This document shows positions 1-8,410 of a stretch of DNA of 64,000 nucleotides, one piece after another; positions within the stretch are counted from its first letter, which is position 1; each line of letters opens with the position of its first letter. Below the pieces are notes generated by a model. It ran no database searches. It was not told the DNA's origin and worked only from the letters and a program-made list of their open reading frames with translations. The position numbers and the translations under genes are program-made. This DNA is from Pseudomonadota bacterium (GTDB taxonomy: Bacteria; Bdellovibrionota_B; Oligoflexia; Oligoflexales; CAIYRB01), in contig JANOTL010000031.1 of the NCBI GenBank assembly GCA_031416315.1, forward strand, positions 12,816 to 76,815. The letters run 5' to 3'.

Positions 1-69
1 CCGCTTCGATCCGCGGACATTCCCCACCCCGTGGCCGCCGCAAGGCTCGGCTCCGGAAGGAGGACCTTG

Positions 70-645
70 ATGCGATTCGTGCCTCTTATCGCCATGAGCG
101 TGACGCTCGCGATCGCGAGCTTCGCCTGCGGCAAAAAAAACGAGGACGACGGCGACTCGTCGGGCGCCGAGGAAGAGGAAGGCAGCGGCTCGGGCGCGTA
201 CTTCAACGGCTCCGCGAAGGGGCAGGTCTTCGGCACCGGGTGGGTGTTCTCCAGCGGCCGTGCGCTGCCCACCGACGACGAAGATCTGACCAAGCCCTTC
301 CTCGTCCAGTTTCTCGGCGATAAGGTCAAGTTCGAATACGCATGCCAAGAGCTCGCGTATCAGGCTCCGGACGATCGCCGCGTCGACTTCGAGCTGGAGC
401 TGAAAGTGGGCGAGTTCGACCTGACCCCCAAGGCGAAGTTCGCCTTCGTCAACACCGCGCCCGATCCCGAGGAGGCCGTGCCGGGCCCGACCGGCAAGGT
501 CCAGATCACCGAGATCAAGAAGTCGAAGCTCGTCGGGCGCGTCAACGTGCGCGCCAACGACAAAAACCGCGTCAACGGCATCTTCTTGATCAAGCGCTGC
601 TGCCCGTCCGAGGACCGAACGTCTTACGTGGACTGCACGGAATGA
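70..645 (+). CDS. Hypothetical lipoprotein
   Basis: AGGAGG before ATG at 70; signal peptide ending SFA-C; acidic linker; C-terminal Cys residues. Confidence 0.7.
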   Translation: MRFVPLIAMSVTLAIASFACGKKNEDDGDSSGAEEEEGSGSGAYFNGSAKGQVFGTGWVFSSGRALPTDDEDLTKPFLVQFLGDKVKFEYACQELAYQAPDDRRVDFELELKVGEFDLTPKAKFAFVNTAPDPEEAVPGPTGKVQITEIKKSKLVGRVNVRANDKNRVNGIFLIKRCCPSEDRTSYVDCTE

Positions 646-1214
646 AAGCCGCCATCGCGACGGCGCTGGCGCTCGTTAGCGTCTTCTTCGCCTCCGCCGC
701 CTTAGCCGACGGCAAGGCGAAGAAAAAGCCCAAGGCCAAGCTCGCTACCGTGACCCTCGCCTGGGACGAGGAGGACTTCCCCGCCTCGATGCAGGTCTTC
801 GAGGCGAAGGCAGGCGCACCGCCAGCCCTTTGGACGACCGCGAGCGTCAAGACGAGAAAGGAGCTGCCGGTCGGCGCCGAGCTCGAGGACGGCACGTTCG
901 AGCTCGCGCCGGGCGGCGTCAAACGGCTCGTCCTCGTCGTCGAGAACAAGACGAAGGGCGATCTCTACTTCTTCGCGGCGCCGCACGGCGTCGAGCCGGC
1001 AAAGCTGTCGCTCGGCTTCGATTTCCGCTGCTTGTGCATGAATCACGCGTATCACGCGCCGGCCGGGATGATCTGGTACCGGGTGGTCGAGCTGCGGCTC
1101 GACCCGGGATTTCCGGCGAAAGCGGTCGAAGTGAAGCACGCGCTCGCGACGGTGTCGAAAGCGCGCGCCGCGGAGATCCAGAATCCGGCGGTGGTGGTGC
1201 CGCCGAAGACCTAG
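642..1214 (+). CDS. Secreted protein with CLC motif (CtaG/Cox11-like; resembles Leptospira Lsa20 family)
   Basis: ATGA overlap with upstream stop; signal peptide MKAAIATALALVSVFFASAALA; LYFFAAPH...FRCLCMNHAY...WYRVVE. Confidence 0.55.
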   Translation: MKAAIATALALVSVFFASAALADGKAKKKPKAKLATVTLAWDEEDFPASMQVFEAKAGAPPALWTTASVKTRKELPVGAELEDGTFELAPGGVKRLVLVVENKTKGDLYFFAAPHGVEPAKLSLGFDFRCLCMNHAYHAPAGMIWYRVVELRLDPGFPAKAVEVKHALATVSKARAAEIQNPAVVVPPKT

Positions 1215-1238
1215 GATCGTCGGCGACCGCTCGAGCGC

Positions 1239-1739
1239 TCACTTGCCGGCGAGCGCGTTCTGCACGGTCGGAAGCTCTTGGCTCTCAGTCGCGCGGGTGG
1301 CGCGGAAGACGATGCTCGCCTTCAAGCTCCCCTGCCCTTTCGGCTTCGGGAAGCGCCAGGAGCCGACGTTGGCGGCGACGCAGGTGATGAAGGCTTTGTC
1401 GCGCTTCATGTCGCGGACGTTGACCGCGGCGTCCTCGACGGCACCCTTGGGATCCAACACGACCGTTGCCACGACGAAGCCTGCCGCTTGCGGATGCCGA
1501 CGCACGAGGTCCTCGTAGCAGGCTTGCACCTGAAACATGTTGCCGCGCGCAACCTCAGACACCTCTTCGGGCGTCAGGTTCTCTGAAGGCGTGCGGATCT
1601 TGGCGCCGACGAGGTCGACGGTCGGCGTGCCGAACTCCGCGTTCTCCTCGAGGCCGACCTCGGCCATGGGGCCGCAAGCGAGGACGGGCTGGGCATAGAG
1701 GGCGGCCGCGAGCGTCAGAGCGATGAATGGGACCTTCAT
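1239..1739 (-). CDS. Secreted AgmX/PglI C-terminal (TonB_C-like) domain protein
   Basis: Signal peptide; VQACYEDLVRRHPQAAG...CVAANVGSWRFPKPKG motif; GGAGG RBS before ATG at 1739. Confidence 0.8.
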   Translation of the reverse strand: MKVPFIALTLAAALYAQPVLACGPMAEVGLEENAEFGTPTVDLVGAKIRTPSENLTPEEVSEVARGNMFQVQACYEDLVRRHPQAAGFVVATVVLDPKGAVEDAAVNVRDMKRDKAFITCVAANVGSWRFPKPKGQGSLKASIVFRATRATESQELPTVQNALAGK

Positions 1740-1765
1740 GGTCACCTCCCGGTAGATTTCAGGTC

Positions 1766-1793
1766 TTATCGGCAGGTTTGACGAAGTTCCGTA
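1766..1793 (-). promoter_or_regulatory. Putative sigma28 (FliA) promoter for agmX-like gene
   Basis: Minus strand TACG-N16-GCCGATAA; perfect -10, weak -35. Confidence 0.45.
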
Positions 1794-1840
1794 TTTCGAG
1801 GTGATTCGCCTTTTGGTTCAGTGATATAGGGCTGGGGTCC

Positions 1841-1915
1841 GGTCCCTTAGTTAAATGGATATAACAACCCCTTCCAAATGGGTGGTTGGGGGTTCGATTC
1901 CCTCAGGGACCGCCA
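1841..1915 (+). tRNA. tRNA with CCA (Trp) anticodon and atypical Arg-like body
   Basis: Cloverleaf GGTCCCT/AGGGACC, D arm GTTA-AATGGATA-TAAC, anticodon arm ACCCC-TTCCAAA-TGGGT, T arm GGGGG-TTCGATT-CCCTC, G73, encoded CCA end; 75 nt. Confidence 0.9.
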
Positions 1916-2100
1916 CGCTCGCTGGCAAGCGAGAATCTGGCTTTGGAACGTGGAGAGTGGAAGATGGACTGCGACCGAGAGCCCAACCGACCGCGCCTGG
2001 CCCAAAAAAGCGCCCAGAATCTTTCTGGGGAAATTCAGAACATTAAAATTCTGTAACCAACTAACAATACTTGAACTTCTCGCCGTCGAGCATCGATCGC

Positions 2101-2127
2101 TCGAGTCCGGCGTCGACCAGCCGATCC
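2101..2127 (+). promoter_or_regulatory. Putative sigma28 promoter for large lipoprotein
   Basis: TCGA-N15-GCCGATCC, 35 nt upstream of ATG. Confidence 0.4.
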
Positions 2128-2162
2128 CTGAGTCGAACCCTTTCGTACTCGGGATCTCAAAC

Positions 2163-4883
2163 ATGCATCAACGCCACCTTGCCGCCGCCCTAACCATCGC
2201 TATCGTCGCATTCGCCGCCGGCTGCAAAGACGACGAAGAAAGCGCAGGCAGCTCCGACGACTCCGGCTCGACGATCGTCGTCGGCGGCCAGCCGGCGGGC
2301 ACTTCGGGCCCGACGCCGAGCGTCATCGCCATCGATACTTCCGGGGGCGATGTCGACGACGCGGCGCCGGACGGTGCCAGCGTGGTCACGCCGCCCGACA
2401 GCAAGCCGACGGCGACCGCTCCGTCGACCCTCATCATCACCGGTACCATGCAGCTCACTGGCTCGGGCATGAGCCTTGCCGACTCGAGCTATGCCGGCCT
2501 GTTCGTGAAAGCGATGACGGCCGACATCCAGAGCCAAAGCGTCTGCTTAGACGACGTCGATGCGAGCGGCGGGTTCAGCCTGAGTTGCGTGGGCTTTCAA
2601 GACAAGCAGCTCGTCGTCGCGATCATTCGTACGAACGCGAACGGCAGCTCGGACCTCCTCGCCATTAAGACGATGGGGGGCATCGACGCGTGGACCGCGA
2701 GCGCAAGCTTCGACCTCGTGCTCGACCTCGATACGGGCACGATGCTCGCGAGCCCCGTCGTACAGAAGGGCGCAGTAGCGGACCTTGATCCGAGCCAGAT
2801 CAAGGTTGCCCAGTCCGACTTCTTCAGTACGCTCAGCATCGCGAGCGGCACCATCGACGCGTATCAGACGCACGTTGATGCGGACGACCGAAAAGCTGTG
2901 CTGAACGGCGACTACTCGAGCCTCCCGAACTTCACGACGCGCACGACCTCAACCGACACCTGGCTCGAAAGCCGCTACCTCAAGTTTATCGCGTCCGACG
3001 GCTTCGCCGCGCCCCGGCTCCAGCTATGGGTCGACGAAGAAAAGGCGCAGGCCTGCACGGCCGGATACGCGATCAGCGACGGCACCAACTCCCTGGCGAG
3101 CATCACCTACACGCCCACGCTGTCCGCGATCGCAGCCAATGCTTGGGCGCCGAAGGCGGCGCTCGATCGCTATCATGTGCTCTTGCGCAAGGCACTGGAC
3201 TCGGGCACTTCCGCGGTCGGCGCTGACGCGGGCCGCGCCGTCGTCGAGGAATTCTTCGCACGCCTCGCCGACAGCCGCCGGCTGCATTCGCCCGATCGCC
3301 GCTTCAACCAGCTCACCAATACGTTCGCGATCTTGACTCGCGAAGCGGCCGTGGGCACCATCACCGACGTCACCATGAAGGCGATGGGGAAGATTCTCGC
3401 CAAGACGAGCTACTACGGCGACGCGACCAAGAGATCCAACCTGGGTCTCGCGGCGAATAACTTCAACGTCGTCAACGCTAGCCTGGGTGGCACTGGTAAG
3501 GATTTTCTCAAGAAAGAGATGACCCTCCTTATCAACTCCGCCCCGGTCGCAGCCGCGAGAATCGTCCAATTGGGCGGCGTCTTGCAGCTTCCCGACGTCG
3601 GCGCAGCCTTGACCTACGCGCAGAAGTACAAGGCAATCAATGCCGATCCGAGCACGGAGGCCGCCCTGGACGCCGCCATCCTCCAACTTCAAGACGCCAA
3701 CGGCGCAACGCAGACGGCCGGCAAGGCAGCCGTGCAGCAGTTGCTCTACGACGTCGAAAGCGCCTCGAACATCGTCGGCACGTCCTGCAACAGCGTCGGC
3801 CTCGAGCTCGACTTCGACGACGCGATCGGTAGCGCCGCGGGCCGCGCGGCGCTCGCCTCCCTGTTCGCCAAGGTCGAGTTCGTCGGGTGGACGCCTGCCC
3901 TCAAGGCCGGCGTCACCGATCGCCTGTACGTGATCGTTCGGGCTTTCGTCGATGCCGTCTCGACCGAGCTCGGCGGCTGCATGCAGAACATTCTCCTCAT
4001 GCAAAGCGCGTGGAACCAACGTTCGATCTGGAACCCTGGGACGCAAAGCTACGACGTCGTGACCACGGACGACCAGCGCGACGACGGGGCCGCCGACACG
4101 CTCACCTACCTCACGGTCTTCGGCGACCTCCTCGGAGCACGCCGCCGGGCGCCGGTCGCGGGGCTCGAGGTCCGCGATCCTAACGGCGACGGCGCCGCGC
4201 CTTTCGATGCTCTCGGCAACACTAACACCGGCTACGCGCCGGCCGATGCGCAGGAAGATTTCGAAGCCCTCGCGACAGCCGTTTTAGGCATCGTCGCCTT
4301 GGACAATTCAACGGGACCCTACCAACACCTTTGCCTCAAGCTTCCCGCCTCCGGCTACAGCGTGGCCGGACAGGCTCAGTGTGCCACTCAGCCTTCCGTA
4401 CCGGGCGCAGTCGCGGCGCTCTCGTACGCGCAGAAGCTGCAACTGCTTCAGCAAGATGTCGCGCCGATCGTAGCCGACGAGGCTTACGCCTCGGACGCGG
4501 TTTACCGTGCCAAGCTCGAGCAGATCTTCCGCAGCTCGGCCTGCCCGCCTGACGTCCGCGTCGGCGTCTCCGCCGGCTTTCCGCTCGCGATCCTAGGCCC
4601 GGTCTACCGCATCGTCGACGGCGCCGTCTCCAACGTGGTCAAGCCCGACGGCAGCTCGACACTCGTCGTCGACGGCTCGAACCTCACCACCGACAAGGCT
4701 TCTGGCTCGACCGACAGCTGCGTCTTCGGCGACGTGAAGTTCCTACGAAACCTCACGTTCGACACCAACCAAGTGCTCAAGGGCTTCGTCTTCGAAAACG
4801 GCTACAAGAATACGTGCGCCGCGTCCAGCGGAGCCACCAGCGACTTCGTCGATACGTTTCTAGTCGACGCGATCGTACCCTAG
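2163..4883 (+). CDS. Large (~906 aa) hypothetical lipoprotein
   Basis: MHQRHLAAALTIAIVAFAAG-C lipobox; Ser/Thr/Pro/Asp linker; long ORF; the track start at 1878 overlaps the tRNA and is rejected. Confidence 0.8.
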   Translation: MHQRHLAAALTIAIVAFAAGCKDDEESAGSSDDSGSTIVVGGQPAGTSGPTPSVIAIDTSGGDVDDAAPDGASVVTPPDSKPTATAPSTLIITGTMQLTGSGMSLADSSYAGLFVKAMTADIQSQSVCLDDVDASGGFSLSCVGFQDKQLVVAIIRTNANGSSDLLAIKTMGGIDAWTASASFDLVLDLDTGTMLASPVVQKGAVADLDPSQIKVAQSDFFSTLSIASGTIDAYQTHVDADDRKAVLNGDYSSLPNFTTRTTSTDTWLESRYLKFIASDGFAAPRLQLWVDEEKAQACTAGYAISDGTNSLASITYTPTLSAIAANAWAPKAALDRYHVLLRKALDSGTSAVGADAGRAVVEEFFARLADSRRLHSPDRRFNQLTNTFAILTREAAVGTITDVTMKAMGKILAKTSYYGDATKRSNLGLAANNFNVVNASLGGTGKDFLKKEMTLLINSAPVAAARIVQLGGVLQLPDVGAALTYAQKYKAINADPSTEAALDAAILQLQDANGATQTAGKAAVQQLLYDVESASNIVGTSCNSVGLELDFDDAIGSAAGRAALASLFAKVEFVGWTPALKAGVTDRLYVIVRAFVDAVSTELGGCMQNILLMQSAWNQRSIWNPGTQSYDVVTTDDQRDDGAADTLTYLTVFGDLLGARRRAPVAGLEVRDPNGDGAAPFDALGNTNTGYAPADAQEDFEALATAVLGIVALDNSTGPYQHLCLKLPASGYSVAGQAQCATQPSVPGAVAALSYAQKLQLLQQDVAPIVADEAYASDAVYRAKLEQIFRSSACPPDVRVGVSAGFPLAILGPVYRIVDGAVSNVVKPDGSSTLVVDGSNLTTDKASGSTDSCVFGDVKFLRNLTFDTNQVLKGFVFENGYKNTCAASSGATSDFVDTFLVDAIVP

Positions 4884-4889
4884 CTCAGA

Positions 4890-5285
4890 TCACAGCGCCG
4901 GCAAGAGCGCCATCCAGATCGCCGCACCGAAACCGACGCCCCAAACGAGCGAGCGCAACACGTGCACGTCGGCGATGTAGAGCACCGGATAGATCACGCG
5001 GGCCACGACATGCACCACCGCCAGCGTCGCTGCGCAGGACGAGGATGCCGAGGGTGCGAAATGCGAGATCAGCACCGCCGGCGTGAAGATCGCGAGCGCC
5101 TCGAACGTGTTCTGATGCGCCGCTAGAGCGCGCTTACCCCAACCGCTCAGCGCGGCCTGCTGCGTTCTCGGATCGCGGTTGTCGTACTTGCCGCCACCCG
5201 CGCGAACCTGGGCGATGGCGAGCGGGATCTTCGTGGCGAGAATCAAGACCAGCATCGCCACGAGGCAATAGAAGGGAATAGTCAC
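4890..5285 (-). CDS. MAPEG family membrane protein
   Basis: YDNRDPR...RALAAHQNTFEAL...ARVIY...LRSLVW. Confidence 0.9.
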   Translation of the reverse strand: MTIPFYCLVAMLVLILATKIPLAIAQVRAGGGKYDNRDPRTQQAALSGWGKRALAAHQNTFEALAIFTPAVLISHFAPSASSSCAATLAVVHVVARVIYPVLYIADVHVLRSLVWGVGFGAAIWMALLPAL

Positions 5286-5409
5286 GGAGTCTCCGAAATC
5301 AACCAGGCCGTTTCTGACCCACAGAAAGGGGAGACTAACATCGACCCCGCTAGGTTACCATGTAGGATGGGCGCCTGAAATCCGGTCGCGCCAATGAGGG
5401 GATCACAGC

Positions 5410-5706
5410 TTGCTGATTTATCCGTTCAAGCTCGCGATCGGCGCTGGCGTCCTCTTGGCCGTCCTCTACCAGCTGGCTCGACACGAGGCCGACTTCAGCT
5501 TCGGCAAGGCGTTCATGATCGTCGGCGCCCTGTCGATCTCCGGCTTCGCCGTGTCGCTGATGCTCGGCACCGTCGTCGCCTTCGTCGCGACTTTCGTGCT
5601 CGGCATTTGGCTCATCGCCAAATTCCTCTACGTGCCGCAGAACAAGGCCATCGCAGCGATGGCGGCCTACACCGGCGTGCAGATCCTTTTGTCCTGGATC
5701 TTCTGA
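5410..5706 (+). CDS. Small multi-pass membrane protein
   Basis: 98 aa, about 4 hydrophobic segments, GAGGGG RBS before TTG. Confidence 0.6.
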   Translation: MLIYPFKLAIGAGVLLAVLYQLARHEADFSFGKAFMIVGALSISGFAVSLMLGTVVAFVATFVLGIWLIAKFLYVPQNKAIAAMAAYTGVQILLSWIF

Positions 5707-5710
5707 GACC

Positions 5711-5893
5711 TCACATCCCGACGACGCCGCGCGCGCTGTCGACCGCAGCCGATGCGACATCGGCAACCTTGCCGAAGACCTCGCCCCAGTGGAAGCGGCC
5801 CTCGCCTTCCATGCGGCCGAGGAGGTATACGCCGACGATCAGGAAGAGCTTCGGGAGGTTCTGGCGCGAGAAAAGCGTGCGCAAGCGATCCAT
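5711..5893 (-). CDS. Small (60 aa) membrane-associated protein
   Basis: GGAGAG RBS; hydrophobic stretch; fills the gap between neighbours. Confidence 0.5.
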   Translation of the reverse strand: MDRLRTLFSRQNLPKLFLIVGVYLLGRMEGEGRFHWGEVFGKVADVASAAVDSARGVVGM

Positions 5894-5926
5894 CGGTTCT
5901 CTCCAGGGCGTGTTTCCCCGAGTCTA

Positions 5927-6610
5927 TCACGCTTGCGGGGCGAGGAAGCCGGCGAGCCCGCGTAGTACGGATTCCGGGATCTCGTGGCCGCCGTCGAAGG
6001 GCGACCACGTGACTTTGGCGCCGGCCCCGACCAGGAGACTTTGCAGCGTCTCGGCATCGCGAAACGAGAGAACGGGATCGCCACGCCCGTGCGCCTGAAA
6101 CACGCGCAAATGCGGCCCGCGCCGCGCGAGCGCCTCCTGCCAACGAACCTTCGTCACCAGCGCGCCGGACAAGACGACGAGCGAGCCCGGCGCCTCCCTC
6201 ATCGTGAGCGCCAGCTCCGTCGCCATCATCGCGCCCTGGCTGAAGCCGCCGACGACGAGATTTGCAGGCTCGACGCCGAGCGCGGCGACGAAGGCGGCGG
6301 CGCGCTCGGCGGCCTCGAGGAACCCGGGCGGCGTCTCGCCGGAGAAGTCGCGATGGCCGCCGCGCATCATCGCGGCCTCGAGCGCCGCCATGTCGATCGG
6401 AAACCAAGCGCGCCCGGTGGAATGCGGGCCGATGGCCACGGTGAGCGGCGCGTTGGCAAAGACCCACCGCGCCGCGAGGCCCGGCGGAAATACCCCGGCC
6501 AAGGGAGCGAGGTCGTGGCAGTCGGCGCCGTAGCCGTGGAAAAGGACGACGGTCTTGCCGGCGGCGGCGGTGACGGTCTCGACGTAATCGAACCCGGCGA
6601 GCTGCTTCAC
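5927..6610 (-). CDS. Phospholipase/carboxylesterase (alpha/beta hydrolase)
   Basis: LFHGYGAD, GFSQG nucleophile motif, HGRGDPV, GGHEI. Confidence 0.9.
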   Translation of the reverse strand: MKQLAGFDYVETVTAAAGKTVVLFHGYGADCHDLAPLAGVFPPGLAARWVFANAPLTVAIGPHSTGRAWFPIDMAALEAAMMRGGHRDFSGETPPGFLEAAERAAAFVAALGVEPANLVVGGFSQGAMMATELALTMREAPGSLVVLSGALVTKVRWQEALARRGPHLRVFQAHGRGDPVLSFRDAETLQSLLVGAGAKVTWSPFDGGHEIPESVLRGLAGFLAPQA

Positions 6611-6681
6611 GGATGCGCCTCCGCTTCAATCGTAGCAGCGCGCGCCGCGATGCTCAACGGCGCGCGTTGCCTGGTGCACTA

Positions 6682-7908
6682 TTACTCGATCGGACGCAGG
6701 GGGATCGACAGCGGGCCGCAAACGCGATGCGGCACCAAAGTCGTGACCAGATCGTGCTCTTTGCTGAGAACGAGTCGATTCGCGGGCGAATGCACGAGAT
6801 CGAGCGGCGCGTTGACCGGCGGAACGGCACCCCCGTCGCCGGCGAACCCGGCGAAAAGCAGGGCGGACGGCCCGTACCAGCCGTCGGCGCCCATAAGCGG
6901 CCAGCGCGGAGACGTCGTCGTCGACAGCGGCGCCTCGTCCGCCATGCCGAGAAGGTCGAGGACGGTGAGGATGCGCGCGCGATACTCAACCGAAGAGAAC
7001 TCCCAATCGTCGACGAGGCGACGCTCGAGACGCGGGCCCGAGGCCGAGATCAAGCGCTCGATCCGCGCCTCGGCCGCGTCGCGGATCGAGCGACACACCG
7101 ACGCCACCTGCCCGGGATAACGCTCCCGTGCGGCCTCCTGCATCTCGGGCGGCAGCTTCTCGACGAACGCCTCGCCCAACGTTTGATCGACGAGCGCGGC
7201 GCGTACGCTCGGAAAGGCGGCGTGAGCGCGCATCTTGCCGAGGAGGAGCCCGACCACCTTCCGATTGAAGTAGAGCCCCATCCGCCCGTTTGCCGCCTCG
7301 AGGCCGCCGTAATCGAATCGATCGACGACGCGGCGGTAGCGGGGATGCGTGGCGAGGCTCTCCCGCAGGCCCGCGATCGCCGCGCGCTCGAGCTCAACCG
7401 AGCCGGCGCCAGTCGTATGCGTCGAAAGGCTGGCGAGAAAACCGGGCCAAATGCCGAAGCCGTCCCAGATCGGCCGCGCCGGCGCGCCGTGGCACGTGGC
7501 GCAGCGCGTCGGGTTCCGCTCCACCGTGGGCTTAGCCGCGCTGAAGAAGAGGCGGTAAAAGTCGAACTCGCCGCCCCGGTCGTCGAACTCGATCGCCTCG
7601 ACGCTCTGCCCGTCGCCGCCGACGGCCAGGACGACGTGACGGCGCGGGGTATCGCGCTCGACGGCGTCGGAGTGCAGGATGATCCGCGGCCGCGCCCAAC
7701 TCGCTTGCTGCATGCTGCGCGACTTCACGACGAAAGTCGTCGTCGCGAAGTAGCGCTCCGGCAAGGCGTCGAGAAATTCCTCGACGCTGTGCAGGGGCGT
7801 CGTCCGGAGCATTGCCACGACTTCCGCCATGGAGGGTTCGTCGGCGCGACAAACGCCGGCTTGCAGTCCAAGGACCATGAAAAAGAGCATACAGGCGCGG
7901 TGTTTCAT
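6682..7908 (-). CDS. Secreted protein with single CxxCH c-type heme motif
   Basis: Signal peptide from ATG 7908; NPTRCATCHG...RPIWD. Confidence 0.65.
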   Translation of the reverse strand: MKHRACMLFFMVLGLQAGVCRADEPSMAEVVAMLRTTPLHSVEEFLDALPERYFATTTFVVKSRSMQQASWARPRIILHSDAVERDTPRRHVVLAVGGDGQSVEAIEFDDRGGEFDFYRLFFSAAKPTVERNPTRCATCHGAPARPIWDGFGIWPGFLASLSTHTTGAGSVELERAAIAGLRESLATHPRYRRVVDRFDYGGLEAANGRMGLYFNRKVVGLLLGKMRAHAAFPSVRAALVDQTLGEAFVEKLPPEMQEAARERYPGQVASVCRSIRDAAEARIERLISASGPRLERRLVDDWEFSSVEYRARILTVLDLLGMADEAPLSTTTSPRWPLMGADGWYGPSALLFAGFAGDGGAVPPVNAPLDLVHSPANRLVLSKEHDLVTTLVPHRVCGPLSIPLRPIE

Positions 7909-7971
7909 GCGCCCTTTATACACCCAACTCAGCACTTTGCCTTCACCGAACGCAGCGCCCGAGAGGTCGGC

Positions 7972-8319
7972 TCACCATTCCGCCTCGCCGAGCGTGTAAA
8001 CCATGTCCTCGTGCATGGCGCGCAACTCGGTGACGAGCCGCTCGCCTTCCGCAAGGTCCGCATCGTAGTGCTCGCGCGCGATGTCCTCCGGCAGCGCACC
8101 GTAAATGCTAGACGAGGTGAGCGCATAGATGCGGCCACCCTCGTCGTCGTTCTTTCGGAAGGCATCGGCACAGGCGAACGGCTCGTCGTCACACATCCCG
8201 GTCAGGCCGAGGCGGGCGACGATTTCCTTCATCTCGAGGCCGAGCTCGGTGCAGTCGGCGGCGACCATTGGGGCGCCGTCTTCGCGAGAAATCCTCAGTG
8301 AAATGCCGTATTCGCTCAT
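7972..8319 (-). CDS. Acidic hypothetical protein
   Basis: GGAG RBS, ATG start, 115 aa, plausible composition. Confidence 0.6.
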   Translation of the reverse strand: MSEYGISLRISREDGAPMVAADCTELGLEMKEIVARLGLTGMCDDEPFACADAFRKNDDEGGRIYALTSSSIYGALPEDIAREHYDADLAEGERLVTELRAMHEDMVYTLGEAEW

Positions 8320-8410
8320 GAAATCGACTCCTAGCGCGCTGGGGAGCTTTCATCATATGGTCCCGGTGCCCCGAGCCCCTAGCCCCGAACCGTCTGCGAG
8401 AACCGAATCC

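Noticed and set aside
1868..1884. Reading the tRNA as Gly(TCC) using loop CTTCCAA
   Set aside because: That register destroys the anticodon stem, and G73 with G2-C71 does not fit Gly identity (U73, C2-G71)
1878..2162. N-terminal extension of the 1001-aa ORF
   Set aside because: Overlaps the tRNA; the lipoprotein signal begins at 2163
1916..5400. Integrated mobile element at the tRNA
   Set aside because: No integrase, transposase or duplicated tRNA 3' end (attR) was seen
6613..8301. Long alternative-frame or antisense ORFs (also 17544-19283, 36216-37748, 61766-63292 and many others)
   Set aside because: Arg/Ala/Pro-rich shadow frames of real genes in high-GC DNA, with no recognisable motifs
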